DNA of 64,000 nucleotides, taken from contig JAHZKP010000039.1 of NCBI GenBank assembly GCA_022600345.1, positions 10,089-74,088 of the forward strand, written 5' to 3'. The notes below the pieces were generated by a model. It was not told the origin of the DNA and ran no database searches. It saw only the letters and a list, made by a program, of their open reading frames with translations. Shown here one piece after another: positions 9,749-20,316 of this stretch; position 1 is the stretch's first letter; each line of letters starts with the position of its first letter. The stretch comes from Alphaproteobacteria bacterium (GTDB taxonomy: Bacteria; Pseudomonadota; Alphaproteobacteria; Rhizobiales; Hyphomicrobiaceae). The position numbers and the translations under genes are program-made.

Positions 9749-9881
9749 GACACTACCGGCAGAAGCCTGAGATTGCGGCTCTCAGGCGGGTGTGATAGCC
9801 AGCGAGCCTCACATGGCGATCGTTAACCAACCAGAACGCGCGCGCCAACCTTGAAATTGTTTTTACGGACGACACCTGGAT

Positions 9882-10388
9882 ATGAGCGAAAATCAGAACG
9901 GAAACAATCAACAGCCTGCAGCCAAGGCCGAGGAAGGTAAACCGACCATTCAGGCCCAGGTCATCGCCCAGTACATCAAGGATCTGTCGTTTGAAAATCC
10001 GAACGTCGAAAAACTGCTCGGCGGGCCGGGTGACAACCCGAACATGAAGCTGGAAGTCAACGTCAATGCCCGGCGCATGAAAGAAGACCTTTTTGAAAGC
10101 GCGATCGACTTCAAGGCGCACGCCACCAACAAGTCGGGCACGATCTATCAGCTTGAATTGGTCTATGCGGGTATTTTCAAGGTCCAGAACATCCCCGAGG
10201 ATTCACTGGAGCCGTTCTTGCTGATCAACTGCCCGGCGCTGATCTTCCCTTATCTTCGCCGTTTGGCTTCCGACCTGACACGGGAGGGCGGCTTTCCACC
10301 GCTGCTGCTCGACCCGATCGACTTTGCCAGCCTTTATATGCGTCGCAAGCAGCAGGAAGCCGGTGAGGGTGCCCCGCTGGTCAATTGA
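9882..10388 (+). CDS. secB: Protein-export chaperone SecB
   Basis: QYIKDLSFENP and LINCPALIFPYLR...GGFPPLLLDPIDFASLY motifs. Confidence 0.95.
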   Translation: MSENQNGNNQQPAAKAEEGKPTIQAQVIAQYIKDLSFENPNVEKLLGGPGDNPNMKLEVNVNARRMKEDLFESAIDFKAHATNKSGTIYQLELVYAGIFKVQNIPEDSLEPFLLINCPALIFPYLRRLASDLTREGGFPPLLLDPIDFASLYMRRKQQEAGEGAPLVN

Positions 10389-10488
10389 CCGGTCGGGCGG
10401 TCTGCGGGCCTTTTTTAAGTCCACAATTCCTTTGCTCAACACTGCGCAAGCTTGTGTTGAAGACCTAAAGTCCTGCGGCCAGCCTTTT

Positions 10489-11184
10489 CTACTGGTAGCG
10501 GCGCCAAAGCGCGTCGTCGCCCAGCGTCTCGACGTACGCCTGGTGGGCCTTTTCCTCGTCAGGAGTTAATCTTGAAGGTAATGGCGCGGGGCGCTGTTTG
10601 GCTTGGACGCGTCCGCCTGACTTCGAACCGGCACTGCCGGTTTGACCTTTGTGGGCCAACTCCAGGCGCGATTGGCGCTCATCAAGCAGCTCGATATAGA
10701 CTTCGGCCAGCAGTAGCGAGTCGAGCAGCGCGCCGTGCAGGGTTCGATTTGAGTTGTCGATACCGTAACGCTTACACAGCGCATCCAGGGTGTTTGGTCC
10801 GCCAGGGTGTTTGCGGCGCGCAATTGCCAGCGTGTCCACGACCCGGTCATCGAGGAGCAGCGGCGCCTTGATCTTGCGCAGTTCCATATTCAGAAAGCCG
10901 ATGTCGAAGGCGGCGTTATGGATGACCAGAGGGTCAGGCCCGATGAAATCCAGGAATTTGCGGGCGACCCGGGAAAAGACCGGTTTATCGGCCAGCATTT
11001 CGGTTGTTAATCCATGGACGGCGGCAGCCTCTTTGGGGACATCGCGCTCTGGATTGATGTAGACATGGTATTGCTCGCCGGTGGGCATGCGGTTAATCAG
11101 TTCGACGCAGCCGATTTCGACAAGCCGGTCACCGCCTTCGGCACTCAGTCCGGTTGTTTCGGTATCGAGGACGATTTCGCGCAA
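10489..11184 (-). CDS. dnaQ: DNA polymerase III epsilon subunit
   Basis: (M)REIVLDTETTG, HNAAFD and HGALLDS exonuclease motifs; TTG start at 11184 after CAGGAG. Confidence 0.95.
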   Translation of the reverse strand: MREIVLDTETTGLSAEGGDRLVEIGCVELINRMPTGEQYHVYINPERDVPKEAAAVHGLTTEMLADKPVFSRVARKFLDFIGPDPLVIHNAAFDIGFLNMELRKIKAPLLLDDRVVDTLAIARRKHPGGPNTLDALCKRYGIDNSNRTLHGALLDSLLLAEVYIELLDERQSRLELAHKGQTGSAGSKSGGRVQAKQRPAPLPSRLTPDEEKAHQAYVETLGDDALWRRYQ

Positions 11185-11212
11185 GGCGATGCTCCTGAAG
11201 ACTTTGTTTGGG

Positions 11213-11344
11213 CCCAACAGTCGGCATGCCGATGTTGGTTCTTTTTGCTCAACATTCAGCAAGCCGATGTTGGCTCTTTTCGCTCAACATTCGGCAAGCC
11301 GATGTTGGTTCTTTTTTGCTCAACATTCGGCAAGCCGATGTTGA
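11213..11344. repeat. Four tandem REP-like palindromes (YCAACA-N13-TGTTGR), period 35-36 bp
   Basis: CCAACAgtcggcatgccgaTGTTGG followed by three TCAACAttc(a/g)gcaagccgaTGTTG(g/a) units. Confidence 0.9.
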
Positions 11345-11442
11345 CGTTCGCTGACAAGATACGGCAGGCCGTTACCGGGGGCTGCAAGCCGATGTCGGCC
11401 CTTTCAAACTCAACCGAACTCGACTGAACCCAACTGTACCCG

Positions 11443-12057
11443 TCACGACCAGTGGCGGTGATAAGCCTCGCCGGTGCGACCTTTTAGTTGCCGAACAATA
11501 GAATCGATTTCGGCGCCGCTTTGCGAGAGGCTTAACCCGGTATCCACAACGTAGTCGGCCGCGTTGCGTTTTTCCTCATCCGGCATTTGCCGGGAAAGGA
11601 TTTCCTGCAGCTTTTCAGCCGTCATGCCGGGGCGTTCCAGGACGCGCTTGGCCTGTATGGCGGCCGTCGTGCTGACGACGACAACGACATCGACCAACTG
11701 ATCGGCCCCGGTCTCAAACAGCAGCGGGATTTCAAGGACGGCAAACTTTGCGCCGCCTTGTGCCTGCGCTTTAAGAAATTCCCGCTCGGCTTCGCGGACC
11801 AGCGGGTGGACGATTGCCTCGAGCTGGGCAAAGCGGGAACTGTCTGCCAGGAGGAGCTGGCCGAGTTTGCCGCGATCTACTACGCCGCCGCTCGTGGTGC
11901 CGGGAAAGGCCTTTTCGATCAGAGGCGCAGCCTTGCCGCGGTAGAGTTCATGGACCTGTGCATCGGCATCGAACACCGCGATGCCGTGGGCGCGGAAACG
12001 CTCGGCGGCGGTCGACTTTCCCATGCCGATTGAACCGGTCAATCCTACGATTACCAT
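11443..12057 (-). CDS. coaE: Dephospho-CoA kinase
   Basis: MVIVGLTGSIGMGKST P-loop; DAD; EIPLLFE. Confidence 0.95.
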   Translation of the reverse strand: MVIVGLTGSIGMGKSTAAERFRAHGIAVFDADAQVHELYRGKAAPLIEKAFPGTTSGGVVDRGKLGQLLLADSSRFAQLEAIVHPLVREAEREFLKAQAQGGAKFAVLEIPLLFETGADQLVDVVVVVSTTAAIQAKRVLERPGMTAEKLQEILSRQMPDEEKRNAADYVVDTGLSLSQSGAEIDSIVRQLKGRTGEAYHRHWS

Positions 12058-12058
12058 C

Positions 12059-12889
12059 TCATGATTGCCCCAGGTCGGCGAGGATGAGACCTCGCAGTTC
12101 GTCAGTGACTTGCGGGCGCACGCCAAACCATTTTTCAAAGCCGGGGACCGCCTGGTGGAGCAGCATACCCAATCCATCTACTGTTCGCAGACCGTTTTGA
12201 CGCGCTCCCGACAGAAGCCTTGTTTCAAGCGGTACGTAGACGATGTCGGCAACGACGCAGGCAGGATCGGCATTGGTGAAGTCGACTTTGAGATCGCCTT
12301 CGCCCTTCATTCCCAGGGTGGTTGTGTTGACGATCACGGACGCCCATTGGGGTGCGGAAGTGCGCTCCTCCCAATTGCCGGCACGAACGTTTTGGCCCAG
12401 ATCGTCGGCCAGTTCCCCGGCACGCGAAGCGGTTCTGTTCAGCACAACGATATCGGTGACACCCGCCTGGATAAATCCGTAACAAATCGCGCGCGCCGCC
12501 CCGCCGGCTCCAAGGATGGCCACCGGCTTGGTGCCGGTATTCCAATCGGGGGCACTTGCCTCCAGATGAGTCATAAATCCGTAAGTGTCGGTATTGGCGG
12601 CGCAAGTCTTGCCATCTTCGAGCCAGATCGTGTTGGCCGCACCCACCGCAAGGCTTGATGGTTCGCGGTGCCCGGCCAGTTGGAATGCCTGCTCCTTGTG
12701 GGGGACGGTGACGTTGCATCCAACAAATCCATGGTCGGCAAGACTGCTCAGGAAGCTCTCCAGGTCTTCAGGCCGCACGGCGACCTTATCGTAGCTGCCT
12801 TTGATTGCGTATTTATCCAACCAATATCCGTGGATCATCGGCGATCTGGAATGCTCGATCGGCCAGCCGATAACACATGCTCGTTTCAT
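12059..12889 (-). CDS. aroE: Shikimate dehydrogenase
   Basis: HSRSPMIH, NVTVPHKE, NTD, GAGGAAR and DGLGMLLHQA motifs. Confidence 0.95.
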   Translation of the reverse strand: MKRACVIGWPIEHSRSPMIHGYWLDKYAIKGSYDKVAVRPEDLESFLSSLADHGFVGCNVTVPHKEQAFQLAGHREPSSLAVGAANTIWLEDGKTCAANTDTYGFMTHLEASAPDWNTGTKPVAILGAGGAARAICYGFIQAGVTDIVVLNRTASRAGELADDLGQNVRAGNWEERTSAPQWASVIVNTTTLGMKGEGDLKVDFTNADPACVVADIVYVPLETRLLSGARQNGLRTVDGLGMLLHQAVPGFEKWFGVRPQVTDELRGLILADLGQS

Positions 12890-12911
12890 TCAAGCTGCCC
12901 TTGTTTGAACG

Positions 12912-13523
12912 TCAATCATGGAGGACGCCGCGGCGGCGCAATTCCGCCAGTAGCGGCAGCATCGGCAGCCCCAGGATGGTGAAGAAGTCACCGTCCAATT
13001 CTTCGAAGAGCTGAAGCCCCAGCCCCTCGATCTGATAAGCGCCGACCGACTGGCATACACTGTCGCCGGTGCGCACCAGGTACTCATTGAGATAGCCGAA
13101 ACTGAACCGGCGCATTTTCAGGCGCGCGGTTTCGACGTGGGCCCAAGTGACCTCACCATCTTCGGCAATCGCCACGGCGGAGTGCAGGATGTGCTGTTCG
13201 CCGCGAAGGCGCAGAAGCGTATCGCGGGCCTCCTGGATATTTTCCGGCTTTGAGAAGATTTGATCATTCAGTGACAGGATCTGATCGGCGGCGATGATGA
13301 GACTGTCGGGATTGTCGGCGCTGACCGCTTCGCCCTTGGCACGGGCCAATATTTCGGCGACGTCGCCCGGGTCGATCGCTTCGTTTTCGGAAGCCAGCGC
13401 ATCGCGGATTGCGACTTCATCAACGTCGGCAGGGATCACGGTAAAGGCCAGTCTGGCGGCCTTTAACATGTCGTTGCGGGCTTGCGACCCGGAAGCCAGG
13501 ATGACGTGCTGTTTTTCAGTCAT
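12912..13523 (-). CDS. maf: Maf family nucleoside triphosphate pyrophosphatase
   Basis: ILASGSQAR, ADQIL, SKP and SVGAYQIEGLG...ILGLP motifs. Confidence 0.92.
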   Translation of the reverse strand: MTEKQHVILASGSQARNDMLKAARLAFTVIPADVDEVAIRDALASENEAIDPGDVAEILARAKGEAVSADNPDSLIIAADQILSLNDQIFSKPENIQEARDTLLRLRGEQHILHSAVAIAEDGEVTWAHVETARLKMRRFSFGYLNEYLVRTGDSVCQSVGAYQIEGLGLQLFEELDGDFFTILGLPMLPLLAELRRRGVLHD

Positions 13524-13541
13524 TGGAATTGCTTTTGTTGA

Positions 13542-14384
13542 TCACGGGTTGTCTGGGTCCTTGTTCCGGCGATCATGCAGCAGCTTGATGATCGTCGCAG
13601 CCGTTTCTTCCACGGAACGACGGGTTACGTCGAGGACCGGCCATCCGTGCCGTGAACAAATCTTTCTCGACTGGGCTATTTCGGCAAGGATCGAGTCGCG
13701 GTCAACGTAGCTGTCCAGGTTGCGGTCGCCCAGCACCATGGCGCGGTTGCGCCGCACATCGGCGATCCGGTCGGCCTGGGCTACGAGGCAGACGACGAAC
13801 GCGGAATGGGGTTGGCTCAATGCGGGCGGCAGCGCGATCGTTGGAACGATGGGGACATTGGCGGTCTTATAACCGCGCTGAGCCAAGTAGATCGATGTCG
13901 GCGTTTTCGATGTCCGCGAAATGCCCAGAATGATGATATCGGCCTGGCTAAGATCTTCGGGAAGCTGGCCGTCATCGTGGCTCATGGAGAAATTTAGCGC
14001 ATCGATGCGGCGGAAATAATCAGCATCAAGAACGTGTTGGCCGGCAACCGTGGGAGTTCGCGGCGCGCCGATGTAGGATTCAAACACCTTCATGATCGGC
14101 TGCAACACCGCCAGGCACGGCATGTTCATTTCCTGGCAGCGCTGCTCGATGGCGTCGGTCAATTCCGGATTGACGACGGTATACAAGACGATGCCGGGCG
14201 CCTGCTCGATTTCCTTCAAAACGCGCGATAGCTGACGCTGGGTTCGCACCAATGGGTGGACGTGCTCTATGGCGCGCACATTCGCATACTGAACGGACGC
14301 TGCCTTGGCGATCGTGGTCAGCGTCTCGCCAGTTGCATCAGAAACCAGGTGAAGGTGATAATAGCTTGGAAGTACGTCGGACAT
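13542..14384 (-). CDS. Pyruvate,phosphate dikinase regulatory protein (kinase/pyrophosphorylase, DUF299)
   Basis: HLVSDATGET, HDDG and GISRTSKTPTSIYLA motifs; canonical neighbour of alphaproteobacterial oriC. Confidence 0.93.
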   Translation of the reverse strand: MSDVLPSYYHLHLVSDATGETLTTIAKAASVQYANVRAIEHVHPLVRTQRQLSRVLKEIEQAPGIVLYTVVNPELTDAIEQRCQEMNMPCLAVLQPIMKVFESYIGAPRTPTVAGQHVLDADYFRRIDALNFSMSHDDGQLPEDLSQADIIILGISRTSKTPTSIYLAQRGYKTANVPIVPTIALPPALSQPHSAFVVCLVAQADRIADVRRNRAMVLGDRNLDSYVDRDSILAEIAQSRKICSRHGWPVLDVTRRSVEETAATIIKLLHDRRNKDPDNP

Positions 14385-14798
14385 CTGTGGATAGCCGTTG
14401 GGTAGAATCTGGGGTTTGAGCGGTGCGGGCGGAGGGCGGTGGACAAGTAGCCTGGATATCCACGAGACCGTCCACATTTGCGATCAGATGGGCGGATTTG
14501 TCGAGCTTCGTTTTTGTGCCGGGTAAAACCAGGACAATCCAAGCGATATCTGCCGGTTTCACCAGGTTGTTCCAGCCCCGCGTGACGCCCACAACCTACT
14601 AACATATTGTTTTTATTGCTATATTCTTATCTTGTGGCATCCCTGCCTGGGAGGCGCTAGATGTGGTTTGAGGTTCTTCAACACTATGTCAGAAAGTGGA
14701 AAGACTGTGGAAAAGCTGATCAATCCCCAAACTCCACGCCCCTAAAGAATAGATAAGAAAAACCTTCAAAAGATAATTTGAACTTTGAAAGTGAAGAG
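14385..14798. other. Predicted chromosomal replication origin (oriC)
   Basis: Divergent gap between the DUF299 gene and hemE; DnaA-box-like TGTGGATAG (14386), GGTGGACAA (14438), ATATCCACG (14456), TGTGGAAAA (14706); AT-rich tract at about 14595-14780. The position matches the known alphaproteobacterial hemE-linked origin. Confidence 0.8.
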
Positions 14799-15860
14799 AT
14801 GAACTCTGCGAGCCTGTCTGAGCGTGCCAACCGTCGCCGTTTCCTGAAACCGTTTGCAGGCGAGCCAGTGGCACCGCCACCGATGTGGCTGATGCGACAG
14901 GCGGGAAGGTATCTGCCGGAGTATCGCGAGACCCGGGCGAAGGCGGGGAGCTTTCTCAATTTGTGCTACGCGCCGGAGATGGCGGCCGAGGTGACGCTAC
15001 AGCCGATCCGGCGGTATGGCTTCGATGCGTCGATTTTGTTTTCAGATATTCTGGTGGTTCCCGATGCGTTGGGCCAGGAGGTCAGGTTCGTCGAGGGAGA
15101 GGGACCACGGCTCGACCCGATTGAGGACGAAGCGGGTTTAACCAGGCTGGACCTGGCAAGGACGGGGGAGAAATATTCGATCGTTTGCGAGACGGTTGCC
15201 CGGTTACGCCAGGACCTTCCCGACGAGACCGCGCTGATCGGTTTTTGCGGGGCGCCGTGGACGGTTGCAACGTACATGGTCGGTGGCAAGGGATCGCCCG
15301 ACCAGGCTGCGGCGCGGTTGATGGCGTATAAAAATGCTGATGCTTTTCAAAAACTTATAGATATTCTTGTCGAGAGTTCGGTGGATTATCTTTCACAGCA
15401 GGTGGAGGCGGGCGCCGATGCCTTGCAGATTTTCGATAGCTGGGCGGGAAGCTTGGCAGATAATCAATTTGAGCGTTGGGTGAGTGCGCCGACTCGGGTA
15501 ATGGTCTCCCGGCTGAAGGAGAAATATCCTGAAATTCCGATCCTGGGGTTTCCGAGGGGAGCGGATTTGCTGAGCGCGAAATTTGCCAGGGAAACCGGGG
15601 TCGATGGGGTGAGCTGTAATACGGCCATGCCGCTTGGCGGGATGGTTGAATTGTCGGAAGAGACCGGTCTGGTCGTGCAAGGCAATCTTGATCCGTTGTT
15701 GCTGGTGTCAGGTGGGGCGCAGATGGATGAACGGGTCGACGAGATTCTTGAGGCGATGCGGGGAAGAAAATTCGTTTTCAATCTGGGGCATGGGATTTTG
15801 CAGTACACGCCGCCGGAAAATGTGGCCCGTCTGGTGGAGCGGGTGAGGGCGTTCAAGTGA
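14799..15860 (+). CDS. hemE: Uroporphyrinogen decarboxylase
   Basis: WLMRQAGRYLPEY, ILFSDIL, QGNLDP and FNLGHGI motifs. Confidence 0.96.
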   Translation: MNSASLSERANRRRFLKPFAGEPVAPPPMWLMRQAGRYLPEYRETRAKAGSFLNLCYAPEMAAEVTLQPIRRYGFDASILFSDILVVPDALGQEVRFVEGEGPRLDPIEDEAGLTRLDLARTGEKYSIVCETVARLRQDLPDETALIGFCGAPWTVATYMVGGKGSPDQAAARLMAYKNADAFQKLIDILVESSVDYLSQQVEAGADALQIFDSWAGSLADNQFERWVSAPTRVMVSRLKEKYPEIPILGFPRGADLLSAKFARETGVDGVSCNTAMPLGGMVELSEETGLVVQGNLDPLLLVSGGAQMDERVDEILEAMRGRKFVFNLGHGILQYTPPENVARLVERVRAFK

Positions 15861-16396
15861 CCGTGGCCGTGGGTGGAGAAAAGCGGCTGGGTTCGCCGGC
15901 TGTACGGGCGTTTGTTGCACTTGGGATTACTGTTGCGGCGACTGCCGCGGCGATATTTCTACTTGGTGATGCAGCCTACGACTGGGTGAAAGCGGTTCAT
16001 GTGATCGCCGTGATCGCGTGGATGGCGGGGATGTTGTACCTGCCAAGGCTGTTTGTTTATCACGCCGATGCGCCACAGGGGTCTGAGCTGTCTGAGACGT
16101 TCAAGCTGATGGAATACCGGCTGATGACGATCATCATGAACCCTGCGATGATCGTGGCCTGGGTTTTGGGCGTGTGGCTTGCCTGGCAGGCTGGTTATTT
16201 TACCCAAGGGTGGTTTCACGCCAAACTGGCGCTGGTCGTTGCGATGTCTGCGGTGCACGGGATGCTGTCTGCGTCGCTGCGACGGTTTGCTGAGGATCGC
16301 AACGATAAGACGGCGCGCTATTGGCGGATGATGAACGAGGTCCCCACATTATTGATGTTCGCAATCGTGATTTTGGTGGTTGTGAAGCCGTTCTGA
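15857..16396 (+). CDS. hemJ: Protoporphyrinogen oxidase HemJ
   Basis: WVKAVHVIAVIAWMAGMLYLPRLFVYH and MNEVPT motifs; GTGA overlap with hemE. Confidence 0.93.
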   Translation: MTVAVGGEKRLGSPAVRAFVALGITVAATAAAIFLLGDAAYDWVKAVHVIAVIAWMAGMLYLPRLFVYHADAPQGSELSETFKLMEYRLMTIIMNPAMIVAWVLGVWLAWQAGYFTQGWFHAKLALVVAMSAVHGMLSASLRRFAEDRNDKTARYWRMMNEVPTLLMFAIVILVVVKPF

Positions 16397-16684
16397 GCCA
16401 GTGGGATGCTAAAGTGTGTCCTTTGCGGTCTATCGCTATTGTGCAAAACCTGATATCCAGACTGAATAACGCAGAGTGTCCAGGGTCGGCATTATAGGAG
16501 CTGGTCCCGTATCTCAGATGCGCCGCTCGGCGTGTTGCGCGCTCCAATCAACTGCAACCCACATGTGCTTTTCTCTTAAGCGCTGCTGCGTTGTTGCGGT
16601 CCCTTGATCAAAAAATCCCCACCTCATGGCACGGCGATCCGGCCCATTTTTCCCTATTCGCTGATGCCGTTTCGGAGCCTTCCG

Positions 16685-17959
16685 ATGGAAGAAATTAAGC
16701 TTGAAGACTTGAAACTCAAGTCGCCGACGGAGCTGTTGAGCTTCGCGGAAGAAACCGGCGTGGAAAACGCCAGTACCCTGCGTAAGCAGGAATTGATGTT
16801 CGCGACGCTGAAACAGCTCGCGATGAATGACGTTGAAATTATTGGAACCGGCGTTGTTGAAGTTCTGCTCGACGGCTTCGGGTTCCTAAGGTCGCCGGAA
16901 GCCAACTATCTGGCGGGGCCCGATGACATCTACATCTCTCCCTCCCAAATCCGCCGATTTGCCTTGCGAACCGGCGATACGGTCGAGGGGCATATCCGCA
17001 GCCCGAAGGACGGCGAGCGTTACTTCGCGCTGCTGAAGGTCAACAAAATCAACTTCGAAGAGCCCGAAGCGGTCAAGCACAAGATCCACTTCGACAACCT
17101 GACGCCGCTTTATCCAACCGACTGGCTGAAGATGGAAATCGAGGATCCGACCATCAAGGATCTTTCGGCCCGGGTGATCGATATCGTCTCCCCGCTTGGC
17201 AAGGGCCAGCGCGGCTTGATCGTGGCGCCGCCGCGGACCGGCAAAACGGTACTGTTGCAGAACATTGCGCACGCGATTACCGCCAATCACCCCGAGTGCT
17301 ACCTGATCGTCTTATTGATCGATGAGCGTCCCGAAGAAGTCACCGACATGCAGCGAAACGTGAATGGTGAGGTGATCGCGTCAACCTTCGATGAACCGCC
17401 AACGCGGCACGTTCAGGTTTCCGAGATGGTGATCGAAAAGGCCAAGCGGCTGGTCGAGCACAAGCGCGATGTGGTGATCCTGTTGGATTCGATTACGCGT
17501 CTTGGGCGGGCCTACAACACCGTCGTGCCGTCGTCGGGCAAGGTGTTGACGGGCGGTGTCGATTCCAATGCGCTGCAGAGGCCGAAGCGTTTCTTTGGTG
17601 CGGCGCGTAATATCGAAGAAGGCGGTTCGCTGACGATTATCGCGACGGCGCTTGTCGATACCGGATCGCGGATGGACGAAGTGATCTTCGAAGAATTCAA
17701 GGGAACGGGCAACTCGGAAGTCATTCTCGACCGGAAAGTTTCCGACAAGCGAGTCTTCCCCGCTATCGATGTTGCCCGGTCAGGTACCCGCAAAGAAGAT
17801 CTTCTCGTGCCGCAAGATCAGCTCAAGAAAGTCTATGTCCTGCGGCGCATCCTCAACCCGATGGGTACTATGGACGCTATCGAGTTTCTCATTGATAAGC
17901 TCAAGAATACAAAGACCAACAGTGAGTTCTTCGATTCAATGGGATCAAAAAACCAGTAA
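16685..17959 (+). CDS. rho: Transcription termination factor Rho
   Basis: [11 protein letters not shown]-binding motif, APPRTGKT Walker A, LIDERPEE. Confidence 0.97.
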   Translation: MEEIKLEDLKLKSPTELLSFAEETGVENASTLRKQELMFATLKQLAMNDVEIIGTGVVEVLLDGFGFLRSPEANYLAGPDDIYISPSQIRRFALRTGDTVEGHIRSPKDGERYFALLKVNKINFEEPEAVKHKIHFDNLTPLYPTDWLKMEIEDPTIKDLSARVIDIVSPLGKGQRGLIVAPPRTGKTVLLQNIAHAITANHPECYLIVLLIDERPEEVTDMQRNVNGEVIASTFDEPPTRHVQVSEMVIEKAKRLVEHKRDVVILLDSITRLGRAYNTVVPSSGKVLTGGVDSNALQRPKRFFGAARNIEEGGSLTIIATALVDTGSRMDEVIFEEFKGTGNSEVILDRKVSDKRVFPAIDVARSGTRKEDLLVPQDQLKKVYVLRRILNPMGTMDAIEFLIDKLKNTKTNSEFFDSMGSKNQ

Positions 17960-18031
17960 TCGTTACTGTGACAGGATTCAAGGGTCGCGGATTTATACTC
18001 CGCGACTCAGTTGTCAAGTTGTAAGGACTCC

Positions 18032-18047
18032 GGTTTCACGTGAAACA
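18032..18047. promoter_or_regulatory. parS site
   Basis: GGTTTCACGTGAAACA, one mismatch to the consensus TGTTTCACGTGAAACA. Confidence 0.9.
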
Positions 18048-18123
18048 ACTTGATGAAGACTCTGGTTCCACATTTTTTAACAGGCGGTTCATTTCGTTTT
18101 AGTTCCTCAACTTTTGGGAAGCA

Positions 18124-20151
18124 TCAGAGCTTAGCTTTGCGTTGCTGTTCCAGAAGACTTTTGAAGGAGGCCGGATCGGTTGTGGGGCTTGAGCACTGCG
18201 GGCCGATGCAGGCGAAAGCGGTGGCCAATCCATCGATCGCGGTTTTACCCGCCAGTGCCGGGCCGGTATCGTTTGCCAATTCACCTTCCAATAGATGTTC
18301 CAAAGCACCTGGCAGGCTGAGGCTGTGCAGAGTTTCGGCCAATTCGGTTTGTCCTTGCCCGCCCGTTATGACGATCTGTTGCGGGCTCATTGCATCGATT
18401 GAGGCGGCCAGAAGGCCGGTATGGGCGATGAGGTTGCGTTGGATGTCGGGAGTAAAGCTTTCCAGGACCGACATGGCCTGCTCGGTAAAGGATTGATCTC
18501 CGGTCAGGATCGAAAGGTGGGCTAGGTTGGAGAGCTGGATGGCGTTGGCGTTGGGCACGGCGTCGTCGGTGCCTGAAGCCATGCGGACCAGGACATCGGT
18601 GGTATCATCAGCGGTAGTTGCGTAGCGGCCTTCTTCGGCGATCCAATAATGGGCATGCAGGATGTCGGTCCATTCCTGGGCCTGTTGCAGGTATGATGGC
18701 TCGCCGGTGGCCTGGAGCAGGCGGATGGCGGCCCAGGTCATGTTGGCGTAATCGCTGGCGGTTGCCGCGGCGCCGAGGCGGCCGGCGCGATAGGAGTGTC
18801 GCAGGCGGCCATCGACCGTCATCTTTTCGCAGATGCAGGCAAAGGCGGTCTTGGCGCGCTGTAGCCAGCCGGGCTGATCGAAAACGATGGCGGCGCGGGC
18901 GAGGCTGGCGATCATCATGCCGTTCCAATCGGCAAGGATCTTATCATCCCAACCAGGCCGGATGCGGTTCGCGCGATGTTCCAACAGTCTGGTTCGCAGC
19001 TGGGTCAGGTGATCTTCTTGCTCGGGAGACTGAAACGCCAGGCTTCCCAACCGGTTGAGGATGTTGTGGCCTTCCCAATTGCCGCCCTGGGTGACGTCAT
19101 ACGTGGCGGCGAACAGGGCAGCGTCTTCAGGACCCAGAACTTCGATCAGTTCCGCGGGAGACCAGACGTAGAACTTGCCCTCGACGCCTTCGGAATCGGC
19201 ATCAAGAGAGGCTGCGAATGCGCCACCCTCGGCGATCATTTCGCGCTCCAGCCAGTCAACGGTTTCAGCGATGCGGACCTTGAACAGCGGATTTCGGGTC
19301 TCGCGCCAAACCTCCGTCATCAGGTCGATGAGCAGAGCATTATCGTAGAGCATTTTTTCGAAATGCGGCGCGAGCCAGCGTTCATCGACCGAGTAGCGGG
19401 CAAAGCCGCCACCCAGGTGGTCGTAGATTCCGCCCTGGCAAATATGGGTCAGGGTTTTTTCGACCGCATTGGCCGCCTGGGCATTATCGTAGCGGATGGC
19501 GCCGCGCCAGAGCATCCAGAAGAAGCTCCACTGCGGGAACTTTGGCGCACCTTGGATGCCGCCGTGCTGGGGATCGATGGCGCCGATCATCCGCTGGGTG
19601 AGGTCTGCCAGCAGGCGGTCGGTTACGATGATGCCGCCCGTTCCAGATTCTCGTTCTCCCAGCGTTTTGGTCAGGATCTGAGCGTTATGGGCGACGCGAT
19701 CGGGTTCTTCCTTGTAAATTCGGGCGATATTCTCCAGGACATCGATGAAACCGGGCCGGCCATAGCGGGCGGTCGGGGGGAAGTAGGTGCCACCATGGAA
19801 GGGCCGGCCTTCGGAATCCAGGAACATTGTCAGCGGCCAGCCGCCCTGTTCGCCCAGCAGGTGCAGCGCTCCCATGTAGATGGCATCGATGTCGGGGCGT
19901 TCCTCGCGGTCGACTTTGACGTTGACATAGAGATCGTTCATGACGGCTGCGATGTCTTCGTTCTCAAAGCTTTCGTGGGCCATGACGTGGCACCAGTGAC
20001 AGGCCGCGTATCCGACGGATAACAGGATTGGCTTGCCGGTCTGCTTGGCTTCGGCCAGAGCTTCGGGTCCCCAGGGCCACCAGTGGACCGGGTTGTCCTT
20101 GTGCTGGAGCAGGTAGGGGCTGGTGGTTTCGCCAAGCCGATTGTGGCCCAT
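18124..20151 (-). CDS. Thioredoxin-domain protein (YyaL/SSP411, DUF255)
   Basis: [40 protein letters not shown] and [11 protein letters not shown] motifs. Confidence 0.93.
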   Translation of the reverse strand: MGHNRLGETTSPYLLQHKDNPVHWWPWGPEALAEAKQTGKPILLSVGYAACHWCHVMAHESFENEDIAAVMNDLYVNVKVDREERPDIDAIYMGALHLLGEQGGWPLTMFLDSEGRPFHGGTYFPPTARYGRPGFIDVLENIARIYKEEPDRVAHNAQILTKTLGERESGTGGIIVTDRLLADLTQRMIGAIDPQHGGIQGAPKFPQWSFFWMLWRGAIRYDNAQAANAVEKTLTHICQGGIYDHLGGGFARYSVDERWLAPHFEKMLYDNALLIDLMTEVWRETRNPLFKVRIAETVDWLEREMIAEGGAFAASLDADSEGVEGKFYVWSPAELIEVLGPEDAALFAATYDVTQGGNWEGHNILNRLGSLAFQSPEQEDHLTQLRTRLLEHRANRIRPGWDDKILADWNGMMIASLARAAIVFDQPGWLQRAKTAFACICEKMTVDGRLRHSYRAGRLGAAATASDYANMTWAAIRLLQATGEPSYLQQAQEWTDILHAHYWIAEEGRYATTADDTTDVLVRMASGTDDAVPNANAIQLSNLAHLSILTGDQSFTEQAMSVLESFTPDIQRNLIAHTGLLAASIDAMSPQQIVITGGQGQTELAETLHSLSLPGALEHLLEGELANDTGPALAGKTAIDGLATAFACIGPQCSSPTTDPASFKSLLEQQRKAKL

Positions 20152-20171
20152 GTAATAGTTTTCCTCTTTTG

Positions 20172-20199
20172 CCCAACACTTCCTAAAGTCGTGTTGGAG
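20172..20199. repeat. REP-like palindrome CCAACA-N13-TGTTGG (degenerate second copy at about 20209-20233)
   Basis: CCCAACACTTCCTAAAGTCGTGTTGGAG, identical to the copy at 55813. Confidence 0.85.
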
Positions 20200-20316
20200 C
20201 CGGACTTGTCCAACGTTTTAGAAGCCGTGATGGGATTCTTACTGCCGCGCAGCGCTGTCTAGCATTTCCCGGGTGTCACTCTATTCGAAACTTGCATAAA
20301 CGAGTAATTGAGGCAG

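Larger units (their letters stand above)
7125..9757. mobile_element. IS1-family transporter IS (tIS) with passenger genes, 2633 bp
   Basis: Perfect 19-bp terminal IRs GGTAGTGTCTCAGTTTGAA (7125-7143) / TTCAAACTGAGACACTACC (9739-9757); 8-bp target duplication GGCAGAAG (7117-7124, 9758-9765); DDE transposase at the right end. Confidence 0.95.

Noticed and set aside
11213-11344. CRISPR array candidate (palindromic ~25-bp repeats at regular 35-36 bp period)
   Set aside because: Linkers are only about 10 bp and near-identical rather than unique spacers; no cas genes in the window. Treated as REP-like tandem repeats.
18976-20022. 348-aa plus-strand ORF
   Set aside because: Entirely antisense to the conserved YyaL-like gene; a typical high-GC shadow ORF with no motifs.
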